Assembly (NCBI GenBank): GCA_014239255.1
Contig: JAAZZE010000001.1
Coordinates: 26,414-90,413 of the forward strand
DNA: 64,000 nt
Reading direction: 5' to 3'
Origin: Gammaproteobacteria bacterium
Lineage (GTDB): Bacteria; Pseudomonadota; Gammaproteobacteria; Arenicellales; UBA868
The position numbers were made by a program, and so were the translations under genes. The notes under the pieces were generated by a model that worked only from the letters and a program-made list of their open reading frames with translations, was not told the DNA's origin and did no database searches. Positions 12,190 to 22,774 of the stretch are shown in pieces. Each line of letters starts with the position of its first letter. Within the stretch, counting starts at the first letter, position 1.

Positions 12190-12345
12190 ATGAGAGACAA
12201 GATCAAACTGGTATCGTCTGCAGGAACAGGCCATTACTACACGACGACCAAGAATAAGCGCAACCAGCCTGAGAAGATGGAAATTCGTAAATACGATCCA
12301 GTGGTGCGTAAGCATGTAGCCTACAAGGAAGCCAAGATTAAATAA
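12190..12345 (+). CDS. rpmG: 50S ribosomal protein L33 (Cys-free, non-zinc type)
   Basis: Below the ORF-track length cutoff. Manual translation gives [51 protein letters not shown]. Confidence 0.97.
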   Translation: MRDKIKLVSSAGTGHYYTTTKNKRNQPEKMEIRKYDPVVRKHVAYKEAKIK

Positions 12346-12388
12346 GTCTGGAAGCTTGTCGGGCTAAACGCCCGAAATACATGCACAG

Positions 12389-12415
12389 AACCCTCGCGAC
12401 GCGAGGGTTTTTTTT
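12389..12415 (+). terminator. Rho-independent terminator after rpmBG
   Basis: AACCCTCGC-GAC-GCGAGGGTT followed by a T run; lies between convergent rpmG and infA. Confidence 0.9.
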
Positions 12416-12423
12416 GGCTGACG

Positions 12424-12642
12424 TCAGCGGGCGCGGTAGGTAATTCTCCCTTTGCTTAGATCGTAAGGGGTCAATTGCACTGTAACTTTGTCACCGCGCA
12501 GGATACGGATATAGTGTTTACGCATTTTGCCCGAGATGTGGGCGATAACCACATGCCCATTTTCGAGTTCGACGCGGAACTGGGTATTAGGTAGGTTCTC
12601 CAGAACCGTGCCTTCCATTTCAATATGTTCTTCTTTTGCCAC
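12424..12642 (-). CDS. infA: translation initiation factor IF-1
   Basis: GTG start at 12642: (M)[47 protein letters not shown], 72 aa. Confidence 0.97.
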   Translation of the reverse strand: MAKEEHIEMEGTVLENLPNTQFRVELENGHVVIAHISGKMRKHYIRILRGDKVTVQLTPYDLSKGRITYRAR

Positions 12643-12895
12643 GCGATAAAGTGGGCCTCCGCCCGCATTTTTCTCAAGAGCGCGGAGTATACCCAAGTTC
12701 CGGACTTGCCTACAGATTGTCAGAATCTGGTGATATGTGCTTAATAACTTTGACCCACCAACCTGGCGCATTCCCCATATGATTTAAGGACGCTGATCCT
12801 GTCGCACGTTAGGGTTTCACCAGGATATGCTTAAGGCATAATTAATGGGTCTTTTCCCGACCCTAGCTCGAAAGGGCTCTTTCTAGGACAGTAAC

Positions 12896-13624
12896 ATGGT
12901 TGAACTATTCTTCTGGCCAACACCCAACGGGATGAAAGTCTTGATGTTCCTCGAAGAAGCCGGCTTGGATTACCGAATTACCTCGGTAAATATTAATGAG
13001 GGCGAGCAGTTTAGTCATGAGTTTCTACAAATTGCACCTAACGGGCGGATACCGGCCATTATCGATCATGCCCCGACCAAATCGCCCGAGACGATCTCAG
13101 TCTTTGAATCTGGAGCGATCCTCATCTATCTCGCAGAGAAGGTCGGACGGTTCCTGCCCGATTCTCTTGTTGAGCGGACAGACGTACTGCAATGGTTGAT
13201 GTGGCAGATGGGTGGTCTGGGCCCAATGCTAGGTCAGAATCATCACTTCACCCGCTATGCTCCAGAAGAGGTGCCCTATGCGATCCGGCGGTACCATCAG
13301 GAGACGTCCCGATTGTACGCGGTATTAGACGGGCGCCTTGCCAAGAGCGAGTTTATCTGTGATGATTATTCCATTGCCGATATGGCCTGCTATCCGTGGA
13401 TTTTGCGTTACGAGTGGCATAAAACCGATATCGATCAATTCCCCAATGTTAAGCGATGGTTTGAGTCGATCCGCCAACGACCTGCTGTGGTCGCGGCTTA
13501 TCGGGAGGCTCAGAAAATCAATAAAGGTAAGGCCGTGACTCCAGCAGCTCGGCAGATCCTGTTTGGCCAGGATGCAACAACCATGCGTAAGCCGATGGGT
13601 ACTATGCCCGGATCGGGAAACTAA
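12896..13624 (+). CDS. glutathione S-transferase family, YfcG/Nu-class-like
   Basis: WPTPNGMK (TPN motif), IAPNGRIPAI, FESGAIL, WQMGGLGPMLGQNHHF. Confidence 0.9.
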   Translation: MVELFFWPTPNGMKVLMFLEEAGLDYRITSVNINEGEQFSHEFLQIAPNGRIPAIIDHAPTKSPETISVFESGAILIYLAEKVGRFLPDSLVERTDVLQWLMWQMGGLGPMLGQNHHFTRYAPEEVPYAIRRYHQETSRLYAVLDGRLAKSEFICDDYSIADMACYPWILRYEWHKTDIDQFPNVKRWFESIRQRPAVVAAYREAQKINKGKAVTPAARQILFGQDATTMRKPMGTMPGSGN

Positions 13625-13716
13625 AGTTTCACACGAGCGCTTTAGTCCGCATGCGGGTCTTAAGCATTGAGATTTTCAATCAGCGCCAAAGTCTGCATGA
13701 GGTACCTGGCCAACTG

Positions 13717-15096
13717 TCAGTTTTGGGTCTTTGGGAAAACAAGTTTGACACAAAGGCCGGGGTCGTTGCCAGCGAGTGAGACCTGGGCGCCATGGTGCCG
13801 CGTCACAGCACTTACCAGGCTTAGCCCTAGTCCGTTGCCGGCACTCGAGCGACTGGCATCCCCACGATAAAAGCGCCGGAACACCTTGTCCTGGTCTGCC
13901 TTTGCAATACCCGGGCCATTATCACATACCGACAGGACAGGTTGATCCCGGTGATGAGATATGGTGATCTCGATAATGCCCCCGACAGGCGTGTATTTAA
14001 CAGCATTATCGAGCAGGTTTGCGAGCGCCTGGAATAGCATGTCCCGGTCCGCTTGCACTATCGATTGCGCATCCACCAGTAGTTTAAGCTTTTGATATTT
14101 TTCCTCCGCCAGCGGCTCGTACAGCTCGACCACATCTGTAGCCAACTGGCTAAGCGCCAGTGGTTGCATGTTGGTACTGATCGATTCGGACTCAATGCGT
14201 GCAATACGAAGCAGGGCATTAAACATGTCCAGCAGGCGATCGGCCTCATCAATTGCCTGTTCGAGTGCCCGCGCTTGCGCCGATTTCAGCCCGTCTGAAT
14301 CACCCAGGGATTCAAGGCGTTGACGCAATCGTGAAAGAGGGGTTTTGAGGTCATGCGCAATATTGTCACTGACTTGGCGAATGCTTTCCAAGAGTTCTTG
14401 GATCTGGTCCAGCATGTGATTGAGATTGTTCGATAACTGGTCGAACTCGTCGCCGCGTGAACCGACCGGCACGCGCCGATCCAGATCTCCAGCCATAATG
14501 CGCTGACTGGTATCGTTAATGATGTCAATTCGTGTCAGCATTCGCCGACTGATGAAAAAGCCTCCGGCCAGGCCAAGCACCAAGGTTAGAGCCACGCCCC
14601 AGCCCAGTGCCGAAATGACTCGTAGGCGCGCGGCATTGAGTTCCTGGATATCTTGTCCGACCAGTAATCGAAACCCGCCAGCCAGCTGAAACTGTCGTGC
14701 CCGGGCTGGATGCAGACTTGGCTGGTCGAGATCGCCGGCCTTGAGGTTGAAATTCAGCCAGCCATCTTGGACCGGCACCTTTGGCCAGCGATTGATATTT
14801 CCGACAATAACTCGACCGAGTGGGTCGGTGAGGAGATAGATAGATGTGCCTGTAGGCTGTTGCCGGTCGACCCGGTTAGAGATCAGGTGTCGCAACCCAG
14901 GCAGACCACGATGCTCATAACGCTCAGATAGAGTATTAATCTCGGCACGGATAGCGGTATCCGATTGGTCTGCCATGTAACGCACGCTAGACCAGTAGAT
15001 AAAACTGAATAGTACGAGTACCGATGCGGTGAAAAGAGCCACGTACAGTAGCGCAATTCGAAAGGTGGAACTTCTGAGAAAGCTAGTCAGATTCAC
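13717..15096 (-). CDS. HAMP-domain sensor histidine kinase
   Basis: Two TM helices, HAMP domain, NIAHDLKTPL (H-box), NLLDNAVKY, DNGPGI, GNGLGLSLV. Likely GTG start at 15096 overlapping the response-regulator stop. Confidence 0.93.
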   Translation of the reverse strand: MNLTSFLRSSTFRIALLYVALFTASVLVLFSFIYWSSVRYMADQSDTAIRAEINTLSERYEHRGLPGLRHLISNRVDRQQPTGTSIYLLTDPLGRVIVGNINRWPKVPVQDGWLNFNLKAGDLDQPSLHPARARQFQLAGGFRLLVGQDIQELNAARLRVISALGWGVALTLVLGLAGGFFISRRMLTRIDIINDTSQRIMAGDLDRRVPVGSRGDEFDQLSNNLNHMLDQIQELLESIRQVSDNIAHDLKTPLSRLRQRLESLGDSDGLKSAQARALEQAIDEADRLLDMFNALLRIARIESESISTNMQPLALSQLATDVVELYEPLAEEKYQKLKLLVDAQSIVQADRDMLFQALANLLDNAVKYTPVGGIIEITISHHRDQPVLSVCDNGPGIAKADQDKVFRRFYRGDASRSSAGNGLGLSLVSAVTRHHGAQVSLAGNDPGLCVKLVFPKTQN

Positions 15097-15760
15097 GCAG
15101 TATGTACCCGGCACCACGGACGGTGTGCAGCAGCTGCGTTGAGAATCCTCGATCAATTTTGGATCGTAGTCGACTGATATGGACGTCAATGACATTCGTC
15201 TGGGGATCAAAATGATAGTCCCAGACGTTTTCAAGCAACATGGTTCGGGTAACAACCTGACTGCTGTGGCGCATCAGGTATTCCAGCAGTCGAAACTCCC
15301 TAGGCTGAAGCTTGATGGCTTTTTCGTCACGACGTACCTGTCGGGTCAGTACATCCATCTCCAGATCGCCTACCTTGAATTGCGTGGTCATTGCACTGTG
15401 CTGGGCGCGTCGGCCTAGAGCTTCGACTCGCGCGAGCAATTCTTCAAAAGCAAAAGGTTTTGGCAGGTAATCATCGCCGCCAGCCCGAAGCCCAGTGACC
15501 CGATCTTCAAGATCACCCAGTGCACTCAAGATCAGCACCGGCGTGTTGTTGTCCAGATCCCGTAGGTTTGCAATCACTGATAGCCCATCCATTGCTGGAA
15601 GCATGCGGTCGATGACGAGCAGATCATAAGACTCGTTAGTCGCCAAAGCCAGGCCATCTGGGCCGTTGTCTGCGGTATCTGTCACATGACCGGCCTCGCG
15701 CAAGCCGCGCGAAACATAGCGGATTGCTTCCGGGTCGTCCTCTATCAGCAGGATACGCAC
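15083..15760 (-). CDS. OmpR-family response regulator
   Basis: MRILLIEDD, DRMLP, GGDDYLPKPF, winged helix TNVIDVHISRLRSKID, HTVRGAGY. Confidence 0.95.
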   Translation of the reverse strand: MRILLIEDDPEAIRYVSRGLREAGHVTDTADNGPDGLALATNESYDLLVIDRMLPAMDGLSVIANLRDLDNNTPVLILSALGDLEDRVTGLRAGGDDYLPKPFAFEELLARVEALGRRAQHSAMTTQFKVGDLEMDVLTRQVRRDEKAIKLQPREFRLLEYLMRHSSQVVTRTMLLENVWDYHFDPQTNVIDVHISRLRSKIDRGFSTQLLHTVRGAGYILRESD

Positions 15761-15813
15761 GATAATAACTTCAGGGCCTGGGCTGTCGGTCCAGAAATTC
15801 TAACCGAGTAGTG

Positions 15814-15839
15814 CTGGCCGAGGGGCGCCCCTCGGCCAG
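15814..15839. repeat. perfect 26-bp GC-rich palindrome between degP and the response regulator
   Basis: CTGGCCGAGGGGCGCCCCTCGGCCAG equals its own reverse complement; no U-tract follows. Confidence 0.85.
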
Positions 15840-15856
15840 TGACTTAAAAGAGCAGA

Positions 15857-17383
15857 TCAACCTACTTTAACGGCGACATAACGTTGGTCACCATTTCGTT
15901 CTACCAGTAGCAGAATCGTTTTGTTTTGTTTGTCGGTGCGAGCGAGATCAACTTGATTCAGGACATCTTCGGGTGTGCCCACTGAGTTTTCACCTACCTT
16001 CAGAATAATATCTCCTGGTCGAAGGCCCTTATGGGCCGCGGGACTTCGCGGCGCTACGTCCTGGATAAGAACCCCGCTACGGTTTTCTCCAAGCCGTTGC
16101 CGATTCGCCTCGTCGAGCATCGACAGCCTCAGACCCAGTTTACGGGTGGGTTCTTGCTCTTGTTGATTGTAGGCCTGGCGGGAACCTCTAAGTGGCTCCA
16201 GGGTTGCGGTGACTATCATTTCTTGGCCAGATCGCCAAACCCCGAGTGAAATAGACTGGCCCGCGGGGGTTCTCGCTACCAGACGCGGTAAGTGGCGCAT
16301 ACGTTTTACCGGCTCGTTATCGAGACTCACGATAACGTCGCCGGTGCGAAGGTCACTGCGGGCGGCTGGGCTGTCGGGACTGATGCGCGATACCAGTGCC
16401 CCACGCGGTTCGTCAAGACCAAGGCTGTCGGCGATTTCAGGTCCGACTGCCTGTATTTCGACACCGAGCCATGCCCGTGTAACCTGGCCATGATCACGCA
16501 ATTGGCTGACAACGTTTTCTACCAGGCTTGCAGGAATCGCAAAGCCGATTCCAACACTGCCACCGTTGGGCGAAAAAATCGCCGTGTTGACGCCAATAAC
16601 TTCCCCTGCATTATTAAATAGTGGCCCTCCCGAATTACCTCGATTGATCGAGGCGTCGATCTGAATGTAATCGACATACGGACCGTTGTTGATATCGCGA
16701 CCTCGCGCGGAAACAATCCCAGATGTTGTGGTGCCCCCCAGACCAAATGGGTTGCCAATTGCGATCACCCAGTCACCGACACGGGCGAGGTCAGAATTGC
16801 CAAATAAAACAAAGGGCAATGGTTCGTTGGCATGGATTTCTAGCAAGGCGAGGTCGGTGCGTTTGTCACTTCCTCGAACCGTCGCGGGAAAGACGCGGCC
16901 GTCTTCCAGTGTAACCTCAATCTGGTCAGCGTTTCCGATGACGTGATGATTAGTCACTACAAGGCCTGCAGCATCGATAATGAACCCAGACCCCAGTGAG
17001 CGGGCCTCCATGGGTCCACGCGGCCCCTTTGGGACCGACTCGCCAAAAAACCGCTCCATGAATTCACGCATCTGCGGTTGTCCACGAAAACCAAATTCCT
17101 GATCATGTCGTCGTGAAAATGAGTTATCGAAATTGTCCGGACGTGCCGAAGTACGCTGCGTGGTGCGGATTGAAATATTTACGACGGCAGGTCGCACAGA
17201 CTCGACCAGGTCTGCAAAACCAGAGCCGGGCCCGCCAGAGACAGTCATTACTGTGTCGGTGCTTTGCGGCAGTGCTGTGGCGGTTCGGCTTGCGTACAAT
17301 ACAGCGCTGACGGTGGCTATAGTGGCGAGGGCCACGACTGTGATCTGGGGTGCGAGTTGTCGCAGGATTCGTTGTTGTGGCAT
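15857..17383 (-). CDS. DegP/HtrA (Do-family) periplasmic serine protease with two PDZ domains
   Basis: Signal region, GSGFII, TNHHV, DLALL, INRGNSGGPL, two PDZ domains. Confidence 0.94.
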   Translation of the reverse strand: MPQQRILRQLAPQITVVALATIATVSAVLYASRTATALPQSTDTVMTVSGGPGSGFADLVESVRPAVVNISIRTTQRTSARPDNFDNSFSRRHDQEFGFRGQPQMREFMERFFGESVPKGPRGPMEARSLGSGFIIDAAGLVVTNHHVIGNADQIEVTLEDGRVFPATVRGSDKRTDLALLEIHANEPLPFVLFGNSDLARVGDWVIAIGNPFGLGGTTTSGIVSARGRDINNGPYVDYIQIDASINRGNSGGPLFNNAGEVIGVNTAIFSPNGGSVGIGFAIPASLVENVVSQLRDHGQVTRAWLGVEIQAVGPEIADSLGLDEPRGALVSRISPDSPAARSDLRTGDVIVSLDNEPVKRMRHLPRLVARTPAGQSISLGVWRSGQEMIVTATLEPLRGSRQAYNQQEQEPTRKLGLRLSMLDEANRQRLGENRSGVLIQDVAPRSPAAHKGLRPGDIILKVGENSVGTPEDVLNQVDLARTDKQNKTILLLVERNGDQRYVAVKVG

Positions 17384-17501
17384 GGGGTTATCTCCCTGGA
17401 TGTGGTTGCTAAGTTCCAGGGCACTTTAGAGGGGGTCCCATTACCGCGACCTAAACAAAGTATTACCGTTTGGTAATGCAATGCCACGCTTTGGAGGTCA
17501 T

Positions 17502-18629
17502 TCAGGAAAGCAGGTATTTCAAGACCCGCTCATAGATCTGTGAAAGGCGTTCCAAGTCTTCGATACCCACAGCTTCATCGACTTGGTGGATGGTACGGTT
17601 AATAGGTCCCAATTCTATAACCTGCGCTCCGGTGGGTGCGATGAACCGTCCGTCTGAGGTGCCACCATCAGTGGAAAGCACTGACTGAATGTTGACTACT
17701 TCGGCGATGGCATTTCGAGTCGCGTCTACTAATTCCCCCGGCAGGGTCTGATAGGGCAGGCCCAGGGGCTCCCAGTCGATGTTGAAATGCTTAGCATGTG
17801 TTGCGCAGATTGAGTCGATGGTTTCACGAATCGACTGGGCACTGGTGTCGGGACAATACCGTAGATTGAATCGGGCTTGGGCCTCGCCGGGAATGACGTT
17901 ACTGACTCCAGTGCCTCCGGCGAGGTTGGAAACCTGAAAGGTGGTCGCTGGGAAGAATTCGTTACCCTCGTCCCAGCGATGTCCCGCGAGTTGGTTAATG
18001 ATGCCGGCTAGCCGGTGCAGAGGATTGTCGGCCAGATGCGGATAAGCCACGTGACCCTGGATGCCGCGCACCGTCAAAGTGCCCCCCAGAGATCCCCGAC
18101 GCCCGTTCTTGATGGTATCGCCAAGATGCTGCGAACTCGTCGGTTCACCGACCAGGCACCAGTCGATTAGTTCACCTCGGGCGCTCAGGGTCTCAACAAC
18201 ACGTACGGTACCATCCACCGCTGGACCTTCCTCGTCACTGGTTAGAAGTAGCGCGATTGAGCCACTGTGATCCGGATTTAGCTCGGTGAATCGCTGGCAG
18301 GCAGTGACCATAGCGGCCAGGCTGCCTTTCATGTCGGCAGCACCACGGCCATGGAGTGTGTCGCCAACGACTTTGCCCTCGAAAGGCGGGTAACGCCAAC
18401 TTTCTTCGGGACCCGTGGGTACCACGTCGGTATGTCCAGCAAAAACGAATAGCGGCGATTCTGAGCCACGTCGTAGCCACAGATTGCGTACCGATCCGAA
18501 GTTCATGACTTCCGGCTCGAAGCCACAAGGTGCAAGTGCACCCGCAATAAGATCCTGGCAGTTCCCATCAGCTGGCGTCACTGAGGGTCGGCGGATCAGA
18601 GTCTGGGCGAGTTTAAGGGTGGCGGGCAT
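17502..18629 (-). CDS. dapE: succinyl-diaminopimelate desuccinylase
   Basis: FAGHTDVVPTG, GRGAADMKG, TSDEEG, GEPTS, NGRRGSL, QGHVAYPHLA, GGTSDGRF. Confidence 0.96.
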   Translation of the reverse strand: MPATLKLAQTLIRRPSVTPADGNCQDLIAGALAPCGFEPEVMNFGSVRNLWLRRGSESPLFVFAGHTDVVPTGPEESWRYPPFEGKVVGDTLHGRGAADMKGSLAAMVTACQRFTELNPDHSGSIALLLTSDEEGPAVDGTVRVVETLSARGELIDWCLVGEPTSSQHLGDTIKNGRRGSLGGTLTVRGIQGHVAYPHLADNPLHRLAGIINQLAGHRWDEGNEFFPATTFQVSNLAGGTGVSNVIPGEAQARFNLRYCPDTSAQSIRETIDSICATHAKHFNIDWEPLGLPYQTLPGELVDATRNAIAEVVNIQSVLSTDGGTSDGRFIAPTGAQVIELGPINRTIHQVDEAVGIEDLERLSQIYERVLKYLLS

Positions 18630-18695
18630 CTGGAATCCTGACAAGTTTACGGCAAGGTTGGGGCATACGATTAAGACATATTTTACATTCCTACT

Positions 18696-19463
18696 TTAGG
18701 CATCAGCAGTATCACGGGGCCGTAGGTGACCCAGCCAGCGCTTCTCCCAGAGTCGAAATCCAGTGCTGATAAAAAATACCAGTACCATGTAAAAGACCAT
18801 GGCCGTGACAAAGCCTTCATAGGCCAGGTAGTAGCGACCATTTAGCCAACGTCCCACCCCGAGAATGTCCTGCAGAGTAATAGTGCTGAGCACTACCGAA
18901 CTGTGCAGCATGAAGATCACCTCATTGGAATAGGCAGGCAGGGCTCGACGGAACGCGCTGGGCAATACAATTCGCCAGATCATGCGGGTCTGTGACATAC
19001 CGCAGGCTCGAGCGGCTTCGATTTCTCCCTTGGGCGTATTTTCAATGGCACCGCGTAGGAATTCCGTAGTGTATCCGGCGGTATTAAGGCTGAAAGTGAT
19101 TAATGCACACCACCAGGCGTTGGATAGGATCGGCCCCCACAGAAAGCTCTCACGAACAAAATCAAACTGGGCAAGGCCGTAATAGACCAGATAGGTCTGA
19201 ACCAGCAGCGGTGTACCCCGAAAGAAGTAGGTAAATCCAAAGATAGGACCATTCAGCCAGGGATGGCGGTAGGCCCGTGCAATCGCCAACGGTACCGCCA
19301 TAGCGCCGCCAATCAGTAGCGCGAGGAAAGTGATTTCAATTGTCAGCAGTGCGCCGTAAAAAAACTTTTCGATATGATCGAATACCAACATAAAATCCAG
19401 CGGCGAACGGTGCTCGCTGACATAAACGAGATACTCAAAGAAGGTGCGCTTTTGTTCTGCCAT
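18696..19463 (-). CDS. polar amino acid ABC permease (HisM-like)
   Basis: FFRGTPLLVQ, EAA loop GEIEAARACGM, RRALPAYSNEVI. Confidence 0.9.
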   Translation of the reverse strand: MAEQKRTFFEYLVYVSEHRSPLDFMLVFDHIEKFFYGALLTIEITFLALLIGGAMAVPLAIARAYRHPWLNGPIFGFTYFFRGTPLLVQTYLVYYGLAQFDFVRESFLWGPILSNAWWCALITFSLNTAGYTTEFLRGAIENTPKGEIEAARACGMSQTRMIWRIVLPSAFRRALPAYSNEVIFMLHSSVVLSTITLQDILGVGRWLNGRYYLAYEGFVTAMVFYMVLVFFISTGFRLWEKRWLGHLRPRDTADA

Positions 19464-19468
19464 GACTT

Positions 19469-20158
19469 TTAAGCGCGGTCCACGCCCACGTTGTAGCGGC
19501 GATCCAGCCAGCGCAGGCCCACGTCCGAGCAGGCGGTCAGGATAAGATAAATAATCAGCACGGCGAACATGAAGTTAAAGGGCTCCCGAACCGAGCGTCC
19601 AGCAGTCGACGCATTCCAGACAAGGTCATGCAGGCCAATGACCGAGACCAAGGCTGTCGCTTTGATCAACACCAGCCAGTTGTTGGTAAAGGAAGGCAGG
19701 GCATGGCGCACCATTTGCGGCCAGGTGATCCGCCGGAAAATAGTCAAGGCTGTCATGCCGCAGGAGATACCAGCTTCGATCTGGCCACGAGGTATTGCAA
19801 GAATTGCGCCGCGGAAAGTCTCAGTCATGTAGGCGCCGAAGACAAAACCAATGGACCAGACTCCGGCGATAAACTGGTTGATTTCGACGTAGTCCCACAA
19901 ACCGGTGGAGCTGCCCAGGTCGTTGACAATCTGTTGCCCGCCGTAAAACAACAGCATCATCAGCACTAAATCTGGAACCCCACGCACCAGGGTGGTGTAG
20001 GCGTTAGCAACGCCTCGCGAGGCCGGGTTAGTCGCGAGCTTGGCTGTAGCCCCAATGAGGCCAAGCAGCACAGAGAGCGCCAGAGAAGCCAGCGCCAACT
20101 GTACTGTGACGATGGTGCCATCGAGCAGCAGGCCGCGGTATTCCCAGACGGAATCCAT
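19469..20158 (-). CDS. polar amino acid ABC permease (HisQ-like)
   Basis: YTTLVRGVPDLV, TETFRGAILAIPRGQIEA, NNWLVLIKATALVS. Confidence 0.9.
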   Translation of the reverse strand: MDSVWEYRGLLLDGTIVTVQLALASLALSVLLGLIGATAKLATNPASRGVANAYTTLVRGVPDLVLMMLLFYGGQQIVNDLGSSTGLWDYVEINQFIAGVWSIGFVFGAYMTETFRGAILAIPRGQIEAGISCGMTALTIFRRITWPQMVRHALPSFTNNWLVLIKATALVSVIGLHDLVWNASTAGRSVREPFNFMFAVLIIYLILTACSDVGLRWLDRRYNVGVDRA

Positions 20159-20173
20159 TAGTGAGCTCAAAAA

Positions 20174-20199
20174 TGAACGGGCCCGTCGGGGCCCGTTCA
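20174..20199 (-). other. intercistronic stem-loop after the binding-protein gene
   Basis: TGAACGGGCCC-GTCG-GGGCCCGTTCA, an 11-bp stem. Confidence 0.8.
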
Positions 20200-20226
20200 G
20201 TTCAGATCAAAATCGACTTGATCCGT

Positions 20227-21003
20227 TTAATTGCCGTAAATGTCAACCGCAAAGTACTGGTCGTTCATCGCTTTATAGGAGCCATCGGCACGGATATCCA
20301 AAATGGTCTGGCTGAGCGCATCGCGCAACGCCGAGTCTTCTTTTCGTACGGCAAAGCCCGCGCCTACACCCTGACACTCGACATCGTCGATTGCATCACC
20401 TAAGAAGTCAAAGTCTTTGCCAGCATCAAGCGCCAGAAAGCCTTCATAGGCTTGAAGCGAATCAGATAACTGGGCATCGAGTCGGCCAGCTGCGAGATCT
20501 TGCCAGACTTCCTCCTGCGTTCCATAAAGTACCAGTTCGGCGCCGGGGTAGAGTTTTTCCGCAGAGCACTGGTGAGTGGTGGCTCGTTGCACTCCAACAC
20601 GCTTGCCACTCAGGCCAGACGCCGTGCCATCAAACCCGGCATTCTTCTTTGCAACAAGTTTCGCAGGGGTGTTGTAGTACTTAATACTGAAATCAATCTT
20701 CTTCTTACGTTCTTCGGTAATCGACATCGACGCTATTATGGTGTCAAACTTTTTTGCAAGCAGTGCTGGAATCATGCCATCCCATTCCTGTTCAACGAGT
20801 ACACACTCGCGATTTAACCGTTTGCAGACCTCCATTGCCATGTCGATATCAAAGCCTTTCAGGGTGCCGTCGGCCTCTTTCCACGAGAACGGGGGATACG
20901 CGCCTTCTACGCCAACCCGTAGTGGGTCGCCTGCAGTCGCAGTGCCGGTTGCCAGGGCGAGTAGCCCTGCCAGACCCAGCATGGTCAGTTTCTTTTTCAT
21001 CAT
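20227..21003 (-). CDS. basic amino acid ABC substrate-binding protein (HisJ/ArgT-like)
   Basis: Signal peptide, EGAYPPFS, GFDID, WDGMIPALLAKKFD, SMSITEERKK. Confidence 0.92.
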   Translation of the reverse strand: MMKKKLTMLGLAGLLALATGTATAGDPLRVGVEGAYPPFSWKEADGTLKGFDIDMAMEVCKRLNRECVLVEQEWDGMIPALLAKKFDTIIASMSITEERKKKIDFSIKYYNTPAKLVAKKNAGFDGTASGLSGKRVGVQRATTHQCSAEKLYPGAELVLYGTQEEVWQDLAAGRLDAQLSDSLQAYEGFLALDAGKDFDFLGDAIDDVECQGVGAGFAVRKEDSALRDALSQTILDIRADGSYKAMNDQYFAVDIYGN

Positions 21004-21081
21004 CTCTTTTCTCCCTTCGGTTGTTGAAAATTCCAGCGTGGTTAATGGTACACCGGACCACCGTTTCCTGTCTGTTCCTGA

Positions 21082-21867
21082 CTAGTGCAGTGCGTTTGAC
21101 AGAAATTGGCGAAAACGGGCCGATTCGGGGTTGCTGAACATCTCAGCAGGGGCGCCTTCAGATTCAATCGCCCCTTCATGCAGAAAAATGACCTTGTTCG
21201 ATACATCCCGGGCAAAGCCGATCTCATGAGTCACTACAATCATGGTGCGCCCCTCATCGGCCAGTGCCCGCATAACCTTGAGTACTTCACCAACTAGTTC
21301 AGGGTCCAGCGCTGAGGTGGGCTCATCAAAGAGCATTACGTCGGGCTCCATGGCGAGCGCCCGGGCAATGGCGGCCCGCTGCTGTTGCCCGCCAGAGATA
21401 TGCGCCGGGTAGTAGTCCTGACGGTCATGCATCCCGACTTTATCGAGCGTTGCGCGAGCACGATCCAGGGCATCAGCCTTAGACATTCTTAGAACTTGAA
21501 CCAAGGCTTCGGAGACATTCTCGAGCACAGTCATGTGCTGCCACAGGTTGAAGCTCTGGAATACCATTCCGAGACGGGAGCGAAGTCGGATGACCTGAGA
21601 CATGTCTTGGGGTACGGGCTGACCTGACTTGTCAGTTGTCATGTCGATAGTCTCGCCGTGTACGGTGACTGTGCCACTGTCTGGTGTTTCAAGCAGATTA
21701 ATGCAGCGCAGAAGGGTGCTCTTGCCAGAGCCGGATGCCCCGAGCAGGGAGATGACATCACCAACAGCGGCATCCAGATGTACGCCTTTGAGTACTTCCA
21801 GGTTACCAAAGCGTTTATGCATGTTCTCAACCTTCAAGGCCAGCACAGCTTCTGAGGTTTGAGTCAT
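21082..21867 (-). CDS. polar amino acid ABC ATPase (HisP-like)
   Basis: [39 protein letters not shown]. Confidence 0.93.
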   Translation of the reverse strand: MTQTSEAVLALKVENMHKRFGNLEVLKGVHLDAAVGDVISLLGASGSGKSTLLRCINLLETPDSGTVTVHGETIDMTTDKSGQPVPQDMSQVIRLRSRLGMVFQSFNLWQHMTVLENVSEALVQVLRMSKADALDRARATLDKVGMHDRQDYYPAHISGGQQQRAAIARALAMEPDVMLFDEPTSALDPELVGEVLKVMRALADEGRTMIVVTHEIGFARDVSNKVIFLHEGAIESEGAPAEMFSNPESARFRQFLSNALH

Positions 21868-21885
21868 GTGCTCTGCAAGCCCCAC

Positions 21886-22770
21886 TCAGGTTGGGCGAAT
21901 CCCGCGTAAGCGTTCGCTGCGGCGCCGCAGCAACTCGACCGTAGTCAGCAGGCAGATCGATAGAATAACCAGGATTGTTGCTACGGAGAGAATAGTCGGG
22001 CTGATTTCCTGGCGGATCCCTGACCACATCTGCCGTGGCAGTGTGATCTGATCGGGTCCACCGATGAAGAGCACGATGACGACTTCATCGAAAGAGGTGA
22101 TAAAGGCGAAAAGCGCTCCAGAGATCACCCCTGGCAATATCAAGGGCATTTGTACCTTGAAGAAATTGCGAACCGGTCCTCCACCCAAGCTGGCTGCTGC
22201 CTTGGTCAGGCTGGCATCAAAGCCTACCAGTGTCGCGGTCACGGTAATTACCACAAAGGGAAGGCCCAGGATGGTGTGCGCGAGAATCAGTCCGGTGTAT
22301 GTGGATACCAGATTGAATTTGGCAAAGAAAAAGAACATCCCTGACGCGGTGATGATCAGCGGTACGATGAGCGGTGAGATCATGATGGCCATAATCAGTT
22401 TGCGAAACGGCATGATTGGCCGGCTAAGCCCAAGGGCTGCGAATATACCCAGCGTGGTCGCCAGCGCCGTCGCGATAACACCGATAAACAGGCTATTCTT
22501 GGCACCTATTTTCCAGTTGTCACTGCAGACCGTGGTGATACCTGGATCCGAACAATCGCCCATCATCATCCGATACCAGCGCAGGGAAAAAGCCTCAGGG
22601 TCGAAACGAAGCATCTCGGGCGTAAATTGAAGGAAAGGCGAGGCGCTGAAAGAGATTGGGATCACGGCAACCAGCGGCATCACCAGGAAGAAAAGCACAA
22701 AGGCGCAGATGACAAGATAAATGTAGTGCCACAAACGCTGGGCAGGGGTCGCATAGGCAGGAAGCGCCAT
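21886..22770 (-). CDS. polyamine-type ABC permease (PotC-like)
   Basis: ISPLIVPLII, LAHTILGLPFVV, FITSFDEVV, TLPRQMWSGIR. Confidence 0.9.
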   Translation of the reverse strand: MALPAYATPAQRLWHYIYLVICAFVLFFLVMPLVAVIPISFSASPFLQFTPEMLRFDPEAFSLRWYRMMMGDCSDPGITTVCSDNWKIGAKNSLFIGVIATALATTLGIFAALGLSRPIMPFRKLIMAIMISPLIVPLIITASGMFFFFAKFNLVSTYTGLILAHTILGLPFVVITVTATLVGFDASLTKAAASLGGGPVRNFFKVQMPLILPGVISGALFAFITSFDEVVIVLFIGGPDQITLPRQMWSGIRQEISPTILSVATILVILSICLLTTVELLRRRSERLRGIRPT

Positions 22771-22774
22771 CGCC